Shown piece after piece: positions 26,026-39,809 of a stretch of 64,000 nucleotides of DNA. The notes beneath the pieces are model-generated. The model was not told where the DNA came from. It made no database searches and saw nothing but the letters and a program-made list of their open reading frames with translations. Both the position numbers and the translations under genes were made by a program. How positions within the stretch are numbered: position 1 is the stretch's first letter; each line of letters starts with the position of its first letter. Source of the stretch: Octopus sinensis (taxonomy: Eukaryota); NCBI RefSeq assembly GCF_006345805.1, contig NC_043010.1, forward strand, positions 31,806,001 through 31,870,000, given 5' to 3'.

Positions 26026-26109
26026 ACTTTTTCTATTCCTGAGCGTTATACTGTTTGTTTTGTACATCACCTGTCTTCGTCTTTTTTTTTTTTTCGTAAA
26101 CCCTCCCTA

Positions 26110-26151
<42 letters not shown>

Positions 26152-26183
26152 TTTATTTTAAGCAGCAGAAAATTCAACAAAAT

Positions 26184-26221
26184 CTGTTACTCTGAGTTTC
26201 TCGTTGCCGTTCATCAGACAG
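26184..26221 (-). ncRNA. Minimal type I hammerhead motif
   Basis: CTGT-CTGATGA-A-CG-GCAA-CG-A-GAAA-CTC-A-GAG-TA-ACAG. Canonical core; stem II is a 2-bp stem with a GNRA loop and an A/A mismatch at its base. Confidence 0.65.
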
Positions 26222-27418
26222 TTTTTGCTAAAATGGAACTTATATATCAATTCAATCTATACTCTTACAAACGCTACACCTTTAAAAAGAAATGGACTTG
26301 TTTGATTGGCCCTTTAGAAAAAACGGTCAATCTTCGAGCTATAAACAAAAAGGTCAAAAATATATGTATATATATATAAAAAAACTTATAAAAATTATAA
26401 AATCCGAGGAAAAAAACCTATTGCCGTTAATGAAGACAGTGCAAATTAATGCATAGAAATTAAACCTGTTATAAATACTGCAATACATATTTATATTAAA
26501 ATCTACATATATATATCAACATACACAAAAGGATGCGCGTAAACGCCATACATACATATACAGACGTATGAATATGAATCTAAATATACACATAAAAGCA
26601 TGTGTACATATATTCACGCAAATCGTCTCGCACGCAAGCTAAAATTCATCTATGTAGCAATTCTCATATACTGAGCAAGGAGGGGGAACGAAAGAAAGGG
26701 AAAGAGAAAAAAAGGAACGAAGGAGGGGTGGGGAAAAAAACTTGTAACGATGTTATTGGCATCTATAGAGACCAGTATACATACACAAGTTTGAATGGAT
26801 ACATATACATACCGTCGTGTATATGTGTGCTTAAGCACAAGCATACTTCCACTTACACATACACAGATACGCATGCTTACAAATACATATGCTTTGCTAT
26901 ACACATACTTATATAAACATTCTAATTTTGACAACATTGCTTTTTTTTTTTTAAAAAAACATTGCTTTTAAAAAATGGGTGCATTAATAAAAATATATAC
27001 GAAAGACATATAAAATAAAATATAACATCCTATTTTGGGTCATTTATAAATAATCAAGGTAATATAAATAATCAAGGTAATCCTATGCAATACAATAACA
27101 TGAAAACAAAGTTTGTAGGTTTTTCCTAATATATATGTAGAAACATAAGACTTTGCTATACGGATTAAGATCCGCGTAGCTTGGAAACAGAATCAAAATC
27201 CATCGTAGCGCTCAAGAGTCAAAATCAAAATCAAAAATCAAAAATACAAAATATATACTCTATCCATATGGTATATTTATATTCGACATTTTAAATTTAG
27301 CCGCGTGCCTACATAAGTTCATTAACTCACTTCTTTGATTCAAAGAATTATTGTCTTTGAATAAGATGTACATTTTTTCTAATAGGCAAAGTTCGCACTT
27401 GAAATTATATTGTAAGCT

Positions 27419-27481
<63 letters not shown>

Positions 27482-27482
27482 A

Positions 27483-27640
27483 TGACAAAATTCTTTCAGT
27501 TTCTCTCTATCAGATCCACTCACAAGGCTTTGGTTATCCCAAGGCTATAGAAGACACTTGTCCAAGGTACCATGTAATGGGACTGAATCCAGACCGTATG
27601 GTTTGGAAACAAGCTTCTTACCACAAGCCACTCCTACGCC
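27483..27640 (-). mobile_element. tRNA-derived SINE 5' part
   Basis: Reverse complement of the 16592 family head. Confidence 0.7.
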
Positions 27641-27828
27641 TATTTATTTACTTTTTATTAAAATGTAGTTGTTATTGTTGTTTAACCCCAGATTATCCAT
27701 AACTGTGTATTATATGATCAAATATCTTCTAACCATGACAATCTAGTATTTTTAGGACATTATATTGTTCTACGTTATCTAATGTGTCCTTCCTTTTCTT
27801 CAAGTTAGTAGAGTGTGATCTGGGAATA

Positions 27829-28725
27829 CGAGTTGGTATGAAAGAGTTTCCGGACTAGTTATGTTTGATAAAAAAATAACTTATTTATCTCAGTTTAACA
27901 TCATCTTCGTCAAAATAGTCGCCTAGCGCAGCAATACACTGTTTTCAACATTCCTGCCACTTTTGGAATCTGGTCTGGATGTTGTTTTCCGTAAGCAAGT
28001 TGAGGAGCTTCTGTGATGAACACTTGATCTTGACAATGATGTTAAAACGGTGACCCTTGAGCTGCGTTTTCATTTTGAAGAAGAGATGGAAGTCCGTAAG
28101 TGCTAAATCTGGCGAATAGGATGGGTGTGGAAGTGATACCAAGTTGTTTTTGGTGAGAAACTCATGAGTGAGGAGAGCTCAGTGACAGGGTGCATTGTTG
28201 TCATGAAGAATCCAGACGTTAGGATTGCCTGCATGGACCTACATGAGAGACCAACAGCATCAGCAATGTCATTGATTGTCCTCTGACGATCTTCATGCAC
28301 AAGCTGATGAATTTTCTTCACATTTCCAGGGATGGTGCTTGTGGCAGGTCTTCGAGATCACTCATCGTCTTACTGGGACGTTCTCCTTTTGAAGCACCCA
28401 TGCCACTTGAAACAGCCCATTGCCATGTCATCATCAGCTTGCTGAAGCATGCTCAATGTCTCTGTAGCCGACTTCTCAAGATTAACTTAAAATTTCACGT
28501 TGGCTCTTTGTTCCAACTTCCGGTCCATAACAAAAATCGCTGACTACGGCATACATGTGATCACAACGATACAAATTTCACAACTTGCTAAGTAAACACA
28601 GAGATGCCACTTGGCACACTGCCTCATGAGAGTCCATGCTGGCTCTCTCACTACACATGCATCCACGTGAAACCATCTGTTGGCATGCTACAGAACTAGT
28701 CCAGGAACTTTTTGATACCACCTTG
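27829..28725 (-). mobile_element. Internally deleted mariner
   Basis: Imperfect TIRs CGAGTTGGTATGAAAGAGTTTCCGGACTAGTT / AACTAGTCCAGGAACTTTTTGATACCACCTTG with TA duplications. The HTH remnant EDRQRTINDIADAVGLS is joined close to HPSYSPDLALTDFHLF. Confidence 0.85.
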
Positions 28726-29209
28726 TAACTTGGCTGTTATATCTGACAATTTAACTAATCACGATGTGACTGCTATTGTTGATGTTGATACTAATGTAGT
28801 TGCTATTGTTGTTCTTGTTGTAGTGGTTGCTACCAATGTTGATGTCATTCTTACTGTTGTTGTTTATATAGTTACTACCGCTGTTGGTGTTACAGTTGCT
28901 AATGTTGCTGCTGATGTCGTGGTAGTCACTATTATACTTGTTGTAGTTGCTTGCTATTGGAATTGATGATTTTTTTTTCAGCTGGTAATTTTGGTTTTAG
29001 CTGTTGTTGTTGGTGTTGTTACCATGTTACTATTTCCCAAACCTATGTGTAAACACACTGTCTGACTTATAAATAGAAATTATACAAAACTGAACTGAGT
29101 ATTATTTATTTATTTATATTTATGAATTATTTCAGTCTATTTACTTTACTACAAAACTATAATATATTTTAGATGTGTGTGTGTTTACATATGAATACAT
29201 ATATGAATG

Positions 29210-29282
<73 letters not shown>

Positions 29283-29366
29283 ATGAGATTAGTGATAATC
29301 AGGAGAATGGAGATTTGCACATCAATATTTTATTATACAGTTATTTACATCATTCTTCAATTAGAT

Positions 29367-29480
29367 CTACACACGTTTCAGCTGCAAACCATTGCATACT
29401 TCTAAGTGTGCATCTTGATGTTAACTAATGGTGCAGCTTCCTCAGGGTAATTTTTTTACTGCTGTTCGAATGTCATCTGA
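29367..29480 (-). repeat. Inverted PLE pseudo-LTR with a degraded hammerhead
   Basis: CTGAGGA-AGCTGCA-CCATT..AATGG-TT-TGCAGCT-GAAA-CGT-G: G at position 17 and an unpaired stem I. Homologous to 31670-31738. Confidence 0.55.
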
Positions 29481-29499
29481 AGAAACTCTGATATAAAGA

Positions 29500-31374
29500 G
29501 AAATCAAAATTCAACAAAAAAACAAACAAAACAGAGATGTTGGAAAAGAAGATAATAAGAAAAATAATAATAACAGTGATAGTGGTACACTATTCAGGGC
29601 AATTAAAAATAGTTAAGACAAAAATAATATAAAGATAAATAAAGATAAGAAAATGGAAAAATTGGGTAATAACCATAGAATACTATGTAAAGTGAGGAAT
29701 AATAATGATTTTAATAAAATGGAACCATAAAAACTAATAAGAAATCCTAATAGTAGTAGAAACTTTAATATAAAGTACCCTAACAGAGCAGATAATAAAT
29801 ATGTAAGCCTGCCTATTAAAAATACAAAAATTAATAGCGAATATGATGTAAAGCAAACCTAATAAGCTAACCAGAGAAATAGGATAAATACCTATAATGT
29901 GAACAAGAAAAATTTCACTAGAAGTAAACTATATGATAATATGGAGTGGTATATTATTCCCTTCGATAAGGAAATCATTTCCAACATTCTAAAATTATTC
30001 TAGTCAGCAGTAGAAAGACATTTTCCCAAAATATAGTAGGTATTATCCGATTTTTAATAAGCACAAGATTAGAAAAGCGTTTTCCAATAGTAGAAACCTA
30101 GCACAAATTATTGCACAGAATGCGAAGAGATTAAATAATTTCTATGAGAATGGTATTGATTATAATCAGAACATAAATATCAACAGTAATGAAATAAGCA
30201 TTATTGATAAATATATCATGAGAAATAGCTACAATAAGGGAAACAATACAAGGGAAGCAACTGATAATAATCCTAGGATGGGACAAGAGAGAGAAGGCAT
30301 GAACGCTAGAAAGTGCAGCACTGGGAAAGTAAATGATGAAAATAAAGCTAATAACGAAACAGAGAAACAATGGAATTAAAGCAAGGGAAGTAACAAGTAC
30401 TAACTCAAACACTATAACAGAAAGCGGTATCCAGGATGTAAAAAATCAAAATAGTGTAAATAACTTAAAACATAGAAAAAATTAACCAAGGAATATAAAT
30501 AAAATTAACCAAATAACAATAAGAGATTATAGAAGAATAAGTAGAGATAATAAGTATAATTGTGCAAAATGTAAATTATGCCCGTTAAAATTAAATTGCA
30601 AAATAAAAGATGTCGTCTACAGGTACAAAGTAATTTCAGGAGAGGTATATTTCTACATAGGCGCTAGTTCTAGTTTCATAAAACGTAGACTAGCTAATCA
30701 TAAATATCCTTCTTATAGTTAATTTTATTAAACATAATCTTAATCTTCAACCCTTTTAAAATTTTATATAGTTTTATTTTTGTAGAGGTGTTCACTTAAT
30801 CCAAGTTCGTTATTTGTTTTAATTTGCCTAATTTTATCTTAATTCTAGTAGTTTGTGAAATGTATTTGCTCAAACTTCTTGAAAGTATATTTAGATGCAT
30901 GAACACATCTTAAAGCATGTTCTCGTCTACGGTTTAACAGATTAAATTTTGAGGTAAAAAAAAAAAAAAAAAAAAATAATAATAATAATAATATGAGTTT
31001 AAGTAAATTAATTTGGTCGCTAAAAGATAATAATAGAGCATACACAATTAGCTGGAAATTAATTAGTAGAGCTAAACCGTATTGAGGAAGCAAACGTTGT
31101 GAATTGTGTGTTGAAAAAATTTAGCAAATTTTTACCTCAAAATTTAATCTGTTAAACCGTAGACGAGAACATGCTTTAAGATGTGTTCATGCATCTAAAT
31201 ATACCTTTAAGAAGTTTGAGCAAATGCATTGCACAAACTACTAGAATTAAGATTAAAACAAATATCGAACTTGGATTAAGTGAACACCTCTACAAAAATA
31301 AAACTATATAAAATTTTTGAAGGGTTGAAGATTAAGATTATGTTTAATAAAATTAACTATAAGCAGGATATTTA
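29500..31374 (+). mobile_element. Penelope-like element (RT-EN linker and GIY-YIG), decayed, with an internal inverted copy of its 3' end
   Basis: FNKHKIRKAFSNSRNLAQII; CAKCKLCPLKLNCKIKDVVY..FYIGASSSFIKRRLANHK; LSKLIWSLKDNNRAYTISWKLISRAKPY..LLNRRRE. Inverted arms at 30701-30960 and 31129-31374. Confidence 0.85.
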
Positions 31375-31738
31375 ATTAAATACAATATAACAAGAAAATT
31401 GTAGATCTATAGATTAATAATCATAAATATAAATAGATAAGTCAAAAAGGTAATTGAATACCTTAAAATATATGAATAGCCTTCTAAATTAGTAGAATGG
31501 TAAGTTAGAATATAATACAGAAACTATGACCTACTTTAAGACCAAATCCAGCATTAAATACCTAATTGGCCGGGGTAATCTTCAGGTCATGAGAAATACG
31601 ACTATTTATAGTAACACTAACACCCCATAAAAGACTCCTATTTGGTTAGTTTCATAGTTTCTTCAGATGATATTTAAACAGCAGTAAAAACATAAACCTG
31701 AGGAAGCTGCAGCGATAATTTACACCAAGATGCGCACT

Positions 31739-34444
31739 TAGCAGTTCCCAAACCATGCACTGCAGCACCGCAAGATTTAATTAGGTGCGCCTCGAAAAAG
31801 TAAGATTATATTTCAAAATATGAAAAATACAAACCGAAATACACTATTGTTCATATATAAATGTCAAAGTAGCAAAAAACTAAATACTAAGTTCTAAACT
31901 AAGAATGAGAGGTGGTTGTGTCATTCAACTCATTTAGGCTAATTATGGTATGACAGTGTTATTCGATTTTGAATCTGAAATTTCATAAGGATAAGAACTA
32001 AATTAGCATCAATCTAGAAATTGACGTCTTATGGACATATTCACTTCACGACTGTTTCAGTTTATTTCGGTCGCAGCCTCAGCAGTTTTCATTTCAATAA
32101 TAAATGCGAAAATAAACCATTGAACTAAAATATACGATGTTGAACTAAATATTTTTATACGTCCTCACGTATTGCGACTGTATTTCAATATTTTTCATTC
32201 ATATAGTAGCAAGAATTTTCCTTTTTTCAATAAATTTTGAAAGACTTCTCAAAAGAGTCCGATAATATGTGACACGCTGCTACTTTTCACAGCTCACTGG
32301 TCACTTATCTCAGTCGCAGTTTGATTCTGTTAGTAATCTGTGTTCTTTGTGCGAGACAATTCATATTTGACAGACTAAATTACCCATAAAATGGAAAAGT
32401 TTATTGAGGAAACAACCGTGGCGGTTATGAATCTGAAAGTGAACGTTCGTCAAAAGCAACTGAGCGTGATGATAATAATGTGAAAACTCGACCCTTTCGT
32501 GAATATTGCAACAGTTATTTAAAGTTTGGGTTCCATTGGACAAGCAACGAGGATCAACGTCTTCTGTTGTGTTGTTTGTAGTGGATAGATGTAACGAAGG
32601 CATGTTACCCAGCAAGTTGAAAAGACATTTTATAACAAAACACTTAGATTTTCAATGTAAGGATCTGAATTATTTCAAAAGACTGCTAGAACGGCAATCT
32701 AAACAAAGAAACTATTTTGAAAAAAGGATGAATGCTTCTGAAAAGGTTCAAGTCACGTCTACTGAGATAGCCGAAATGATTGCTCTACAAACGAAAGTAC
32801 ATACTTTAGCCAAGTCGATTATCTTACCCACTCGTAGAAAGATGGTTAAAACCATGTTAGGTGCTGAAGCCGAGCAAGAAATAAGCAAGATTCCGCTCTC
32901 AAATAATACAATCCGCAGGAGAATTATGGATTTACCTACTGATATAGAGGAAAATGTATAGAACAAACTTCAGAACTCAGAATTTGCTCAACAGGCTGAC
33001 TTATCAACTGACATTAGCAACAAAGTATAATTACTTACATTTATTCGCTTTATTGATGGTAACCAAATCATAAATCAGTTCTTTTGTTGTGAAGAAATGC
33101 CACTCAATACATGAGGTCAAGATATTTTTGACATTTTATCTGCCTACCCCGAAAAATGGAATTTATCCAGGAATTCATGTGTTGGAATATGTACCGATGA
33201 GGTACCATCTATGATAGGCTCTATTAAAAGTTTTGTATTGCTCATACAACAGTAAATCCTAATGTTATACGTACGCATTGCTTCCTACATAAGGTAGTAC
33301 TAGTTTAAAAAACAATACCAATTTAGTTAAAGCAAGTATTAAACCAAGTTGTTGAATGGTTAATTATATTAAAAGTAGGCCATTGAAGCGTTGCTTATTG
33401 GATATGGATTCTCAGCACAAACGCTTACCTTTACACACAAAAGTCACATGGCTCTCAAAAGGTAAGGTGCTACATCGCATACATGAACTCCAGAAGGAAT
33501 TGCATGCATTTTTTGAAGAAAACATAAACGTTCTTGGAATATCTACAATGTGAATTTTGGGTTTCCAAGCTGGAATATTTAACAGAGATATTTGCACAAC
33601 TTAAGAAGATCAACACAAGTATGCAAGGTAGTTATGAAAACATTCTCACTTCGACAGATAAGCTGGTTTCATTTAAAAAGAAAGTTCTAATTTGGAAAAA
33701 TAGGGCTGAAGTTAGTAACTTCGAAATGTTTGCCTTAATACATAAAAGAATGACTCCTATTGTATTTGAACATTTGACAAATCTGGAAGAAAAAATAAAC
33801 TTTTATTTTCTGTCATTAATCACAAAAGAGTATGATTGGGTTCGAAATCCCTTCATAAAAATTTCATCTTATATTGGTCTGAAAATAAGTGACGAAGAAG
33901 AATTTACATCTATATCCAGTGATGGCGGACTTAAAAATAAAGTATGCTGAGTTACCTATTAAATAAAGTATGCTGAGTTACCTATTGATATATTTTGGAT
34001 TGCTATATAGGAGAAGACCCCTCAGTAACAAAAAAAACAAAAAAACGCTTTATCCATTTTCATGCAGTTATCCACATCGTATTTATGTGAGTTGGAATTT
34101 TCAACCCTCAATAACATCAAATATAAAAAGAGAGAGAGGCTCCATTGCATTGAAGAAGAAACGAGGGTTTGTTTTTCTCAAATAATCCCAATATTGAAAA
34201 CGTTTCCAAAAAACATCAAGCGCATGTTTCTCATTGGTAACTTTGCTTCATATATTGAATAAAGAGAAAGCACATGCAATTTTTCTGTATTTTTAATTAT
34301 CTATATGTTACTTTATAGTTTATGCAATGCTGATATGTATAAAACCCCTTTTGAATAAATTTTAGAATTTAAGTACAAAGTGTGCCAAAATATTTTGACT
34401 ACTTGTAAGGTGTGCCGTGAGTAAAAAAAATTCGGGAACCATTG
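31739..34444 (+). mobile_element. hAT (Buster/Charlie-like) transposon, decayed
   Basis: Termini TAGCAGTTCCCAAA and TTCGGGAACCATTG. Broken ORFs read LPSKLKRHFITKH..IPLSNNTIRRRI, VNYIKSRPL..LHTKVTWLSKGKVL, WVSKLEYLTEIF..YDWVRNPF and STSYLCELEFS. Confidence 0.88.
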
Positions 34445-34724
34445 GTCTTAGTGAAGAGTGATGTAAATAACTGTATAATAAAATATGGATGTGCAAATCT
34501 TCATTCTTCTGATCGTCATTAATTTCATTACTTTCTCTATGGAAACTACGCAGTCCCTAAAAGGATAGTGAGGATAATAATTCAGTTTTGTAAATTTTCA
34601 ACTTGAGTTTCACCAGCATTCATTGTGGCAGCCGGCATTAAGAACTGATATATAAGAGTTAACACGGTAACCGCCAGGGTTATGTATCTCTTAAAATCTT
34701 TCTTGGATATATTTATATACATAG

Positions 34725-34866
34725 TACCAGAGGCGTCTGGTGTTGCCTGGGAATTAAATTGTTCCTTATATATTGGAAGAAAAAGAAGTAAAACATGTAT
34801 AGAAATTTGTTATTCTAAATTCAATTTATTCTTTAACTAGGAAATCAATTCTGAATTCATAATAGA

Positions 34867-34906
<40 letters not shown>

Positions 34907-35940
34907 CGAAAATACAAAATTTATCCCTTTTATGAAAGGAGATAAATATCGGTTGGTTTGATTGGAATTCTTGGAATGAAAGCCCCTTCCCCAGAGGTAC
35001 ATCCAGTGATGATGGTATCACATTAGGTGATAATGTCTTCACAATCAACTTGGTCCCATTGCATAATTTAGGAGGATCTAAATTTCTTAGAAGCATTATT
35101 AAGATTCATAACTTCAGGTGGCTCAAGAGAATTAAGGAACTCTGCTGTGTTTTTCATCAAGGAATGAATCAACTGATTTGCACTCCTTAATCGGAATCCT
35201 ATTTGTTAATTCATGGTTAATCTTTGCTACTGTCTCATTTTTTGGAGCATAAATTGTCCTTTCACACAACCATTTATGCAAATTATAATTATTAAGTCTG
35301 TTTTTCAATTCAGCTGGGGAATTCACCATGATAGCAATACAAGCCAAACTGATATCACCATTCCCATCAAATGGTACTTTCCCATTTCCTAATTGGAGGA
35401 GCCAGGTTGGAAACTGCTCTGCTCGTACGTCAGTTCTGAAAGAAAATTTCTGTACTTTGTTCCATAGGTGTGAAAACTTAATGCATGCTTTTATTTCATC
35501 AGGTCTTGTTTGTCTTGAAATAACTATTAATGTTAGTCTGAAGTCTCTGATAAAACTAATGTAACTCCTCCCATAGATTTATTGTTGCCTCTGATGTCCT
35601 GTAAGGTCTTATCAAGAGCTTCCATTGCACCTCTATGTGACATGATGCATTCATCCAAATAATAAGGTGGCATTGGCACAATACTTCTGCTGAACTCGAA
35701 TCTTTGCTTATGTTACAGATTGGACTGTCATTTGTGACCAATTTTAGCGGTAATTTAATAGCAGAATGAGCTGTTCGTCCTCCTGGGAGAATGGTGGCTG
35801 CAAAGCCAGACAGTGCTACAGTAACTGCAATTCGTTTTTGCTGCCTTACTTTGGAGAGAAGCAATGTTGTTACAGATGTTTTACCTGTGCCACTAGGAAC
35901 ATCAAGAAAGAAAATTCCTCTGCTTTTTTGTGGAACGCCG
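34725..35940 (-). mobile_element. Helitron remnant, PIF1 helicase region
   Basis: FLDVPSGTGKT..GGRTAHSAIKLPL, ERTIYAPKNETVAKIN and MLLRNLDPPKLCNGTKLIV. Confidence 0.85.
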
Positions 35941-35943
35941 CAT

Positions 35944-35974
<31 letters not shown>

Positions 35975-36789
35975 GATACATATACATGCATTATCAAATA
36001 TTAGATAAAACGGACGTGTGTGTGTGTGCGTGCGAGAGAGAGAGAGCGAGAGAATATATCCTTTTTGTATGTATGTGTACGTGTGTATGAGAGAGAGAAA
36101 GAGAGAGTGAGTGCCACTTGGACATCACTCTCTCTCTCACACCCACATGCACACGTGCACACAAAAAGATGTGTGCATATGTATTTATTTTTGTACGTGT
36201 ACATGACAAGAAACCCCTTCACTCACTCTCACACACACACACATGAATGTATACAAACGTACATACAAAACACATATGTGCGTGTGTAACTGACTACAAA
36301 CACATAGAGCTGAACACGGTAAATAAAAAAAAAATTATGGAAATTAACGAAGTGTGCGAGTTCAAGCAAAAGAATACCCATATTTTTTGGATACCCTATG
36401 TTGAATTGCAAAATTTTAATGTGATATTTGTGTAATAACGAAATCCAGCCTGGAGTGTGTGTTAGAGAGAGAGAGGGGGGGGGGGGGGAGATCATTGCAA
36501 ACAATGAATGAGATAAACATGAACGCAAAAAAAATCGTATGAATAAAAGCACGTTAAAAACTATCTTGTACCGAATATTTAAATTTGTGAACTTGGTAAA
36601 TATTTATTTCAGTAATTTATCATAGCTGTTTACAAATAGCGAATTTGTAAACAACTGAAATGAAAACAATGAAATTAGACGGGGACAGACTTCGCCTTTT
36701 TTTGTCAATAGCGGAAGTTGACATTGAGAAACCTTTTTTTTAAAATATAAAGTAATATTATTTATTTTTAATAAAAAAATAAACTGATG

Positions 36790-37160
36790 ACTCTATTAGG
36801 TATCCGAGGTCAAATTATTCATAGCCATATACATAGGATCAACCAAAAATGTTAAGCAACGATACGCCGCTCACCTCCATTCTTTTCGATACGATAAACA
36901 TAGTAAATCTACAACACTCGCCAACCACATACATCATCTCAAAAATACAAATATACCCTATTCTCTATCATGGTCCATACTAGATTCAGGGCTTCCCTAC
37001 CGAGGTCAACGCCCAATCTTCAAGCTTTGCCTGAAGGAGGCACTTCATATATTAAAGCACAACTCTCCAGCACTGCTAAATAAACATAATGAGGCACTAA
37101 GCACATGCAACCACCGCTTTTTTCACACGTTCAAATTCTACCACAAATCCAAATGCCTAA
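36790..37160 (+). mobile_element. Penelope-like GIY-YIG fragment
   Basis: YIGSTKNVKQRYAAHLHSFRYDKHSKSTTLANHIHHLK..SWSILDSGLPY..KLCLKEALHILK..LLNKHNEALSTCNH. Confidence 0.8.
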
Positions 37161-38222
37161 ATGACTATACAGTATATTTCCACAATACCCCTTAGGTATA
37201 ACCTTATAAATCTACATTTTAACTCCCAATCCCTATCTAATTCCTCTTTCATACTCGAATATCACAACCATCTAATTATATTCGTGTATATATGCATGCA
37301 TACATATGTGTGTGTGTATGTATGTGTGTGTGTGTGTGTATGTGTGAATGTATATATGTATGCAAGGAATATATACCTGCGTGTGCAAGATAATACATAC
37401 AGATACACGTATTCATGGGTATACATATGTACATATGATATGAGTACGATCTGTATGTGTAGATGTTGATATGTATAAATATTGTATAAATATATATATA
37501 TATGCATGTTTAATATATGCATCTCTATACTTCTTCACATATTTTCTTCTACTACTAAGCATTGAGCTTCCAACCAACCTAATCTGTATTCCCAAATTCT
37601 TCATTCCACCATATTACTACCCCTATCCCCTCTCTCTACCCCATCACTTAGGCTCTATCATTACATACCTGACACTCCTTTTCTTTTTACACGATTATAT
37701 ATATATATATCTCTCTCTATTACCCCATTCCTTCTATCTGACACTCCTTTACTCTTTACCCTATTTACAATCCCATATCTTTCTCTCTCTATCATCCTCA
37801 CCTCCCCATTCCTACTATCAATTTATCTTGACTGACCACTAACAGGTACACTTTCCCTCTCTTCATCTCTTTATTATCTCTCTCCTGGCTTTTCTTTTGC
37901 TTTCTTTTTTCTTCCTTCTTTGTTCCTCTCTTTCTGTTTTCGATTTGACCTTACAAATATATTTCCTACTTTAAGGTCACTTTAAATAAAACCTCGATTC
38001 AATAGCACTGTATACAAACTCTATACTTAGAATGACCAATTTGAAATACTATTGGAATTTACTTATAAGGTATTGGAATCTTATATGTATACCATTCTGC
38101 CTAAATAATGGACCTACGAATGCAATATCCCTGCATATCTCACATCTATTTTCATTCCTTCACTTCACTCTCTATTTCATATCTTATCTAAAATAACTAT
38201 TGCTTAACCATCTTATCACACC

Positions 38223-38270
38223 GTTTCCGATGAAGGGATATATAAAATATACCGGAAACAGCTGTAAGAC
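38223..38270 (+). ncRNA. Hammerhead motif with U4C core, downstream of a PLE endonuclease fragment
   Basis: GTTT-CCGATGA-A-GG..CC-G-GAAA-CAGCTG-TA-AGAC. Stem III is the palindrome ACAGCTGT. Confidence 0.6.
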
Positions 38271-38314
38271 CTATTCTGAAAAAAAGTTTTTGTATATATA
38301 TGTATATATATATA

Positions 38315-38382
<68 letters not shown>

Positions 38383-38383
<1 letters not shown>

Positions 38384-38545
38384 GACGAGCTTCTTTCACT
38401 TTCTGCCTAGCAAATTAACTCACAAAGTTTTGGTCAGCCTGATGCTATCACAAAAGACACTTTCCTATGGTGCCACGCAGTGGGACTGAAGCTGGAACCA
38501 TGTGGTTGGGAAGCAAGCTTCATGCTACACAGCTACGCCTGCGCC
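38383..38545 (-). mobile_element. tRNA-derived SINE 5' part
   Basis: Reverse complement of the 16592 family head. Confidence 0.7.
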
Positions 38546-38582
<37 letters not shown>

Positions 38583-39149
38583 ATACATACTTGTATATTT
38601 TCATATGGGTTTAGTGAAGTCTGGTCTCAGGATGCTGAACCTTATAAAGGGGATAATATAAGACCGTAGTAAGAAGAGAGGTACAATCCTGGAGAAGACC
38701 TGTTCAACCCTCACAAACATGGAAGATGGTTGTAATGTGGTCATGATAGCAACAATACTAACGTTAATGATGACAACAATGATGATGATGGTGGTTGTGG
38801 TGATAATGGTGATGATGTTGATAATGAGACATACATATTTACAATTAATCAACACATTTTTTAGTGATATAAATAGTAATATATCTTCTTGTTTAGTGTC
38901 TGCTGCTCTATGCAATTACTGTTATGTTATTGTTGGTATTTGGAATCAACTTATCAATCTTTATATCGTCCCCACCCACATTTCATTATGTGAGATTATA
39001 TTAACCTTACCAGTTTCAACCCTAAGCTCAGTTCAGGATACAGTCCTATCTTCTGCTATTTTTGTTGTTGTTCTTGTTGTTTCTGCTGCTGTTGTTGTTG
39101 TAGACAGAAAAATGGCAATGCTGCTAAGCATTTTGCTCATCTTTACATA

Positions 39150-39300
39150 TTGAGTTCAAATTCTGCTGAGGCTGACTTTGCCATTCGTCCTTTTGGAGGA
39201 AAATAAAGTAAGTACCAGTCAAACACAAAGGTTGATGTAACTGAATATCTCCTCCCACCAAATCTCAGGCCAGGCCTTGAACCTATAGTAAAAAGGTTCC
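39150..39300 (+). mobile_element. SINE fragment (family of 52360-52590)
   Basis: GAGTTCAAATTCTGCTGAGGCTGACTTTGCCATTCGTCC..AAGTACCAGT. Confidence 0.6.
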
Positions 39301-39809
39301 CCAATGGCAACAAGCAGCAATATACAGTCCAGTTTTGCAACTCAATCAAGTCATTCTTAGAAACTTAATTGTGATTTCCTTATGCTCCTACGTTAGCTAA
39401 TTAAATTGAACTTATTGATTGGTTAATCTAGAATTTATCAGTAATTTGATTGAGCTTGAATGCAAGTGCAGAGGTGATAGACTGACTGGTGTGGTAGAGT
39501 GGTGGAATCTGCAGAAGAGGTGATGGGGTGTCAGAACTCGTACCACATAAGACTAATATCTCCTGGCATTTTATTATGTATCTATATGTTTTCAGTTCAA
39601 ATTCTGCCAGGATCTATATTATCTCAGTGCCTTCCACAATCAATAAATTAAGTCACAGTCCTCTCACTGAAATCAGTAGAAGAATAGGAGAATGAGATAT
39701 GAGGGTTAATGCCAGCTTAGAAAAAGCATTTTTACTGTTACTAATATATCAAAACAGAGGTAAATGATTTTCGTGAAGACTTAATCCAACATCTGGTTTA
39801 ACACCATAC

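Noticed and set aside
31731-34452. 8-bp target-site duplication for the hAT element
   Set aside because: The flanks TGCGCACT and GTCTTAGT do not match, so the exact ends are uncertain.
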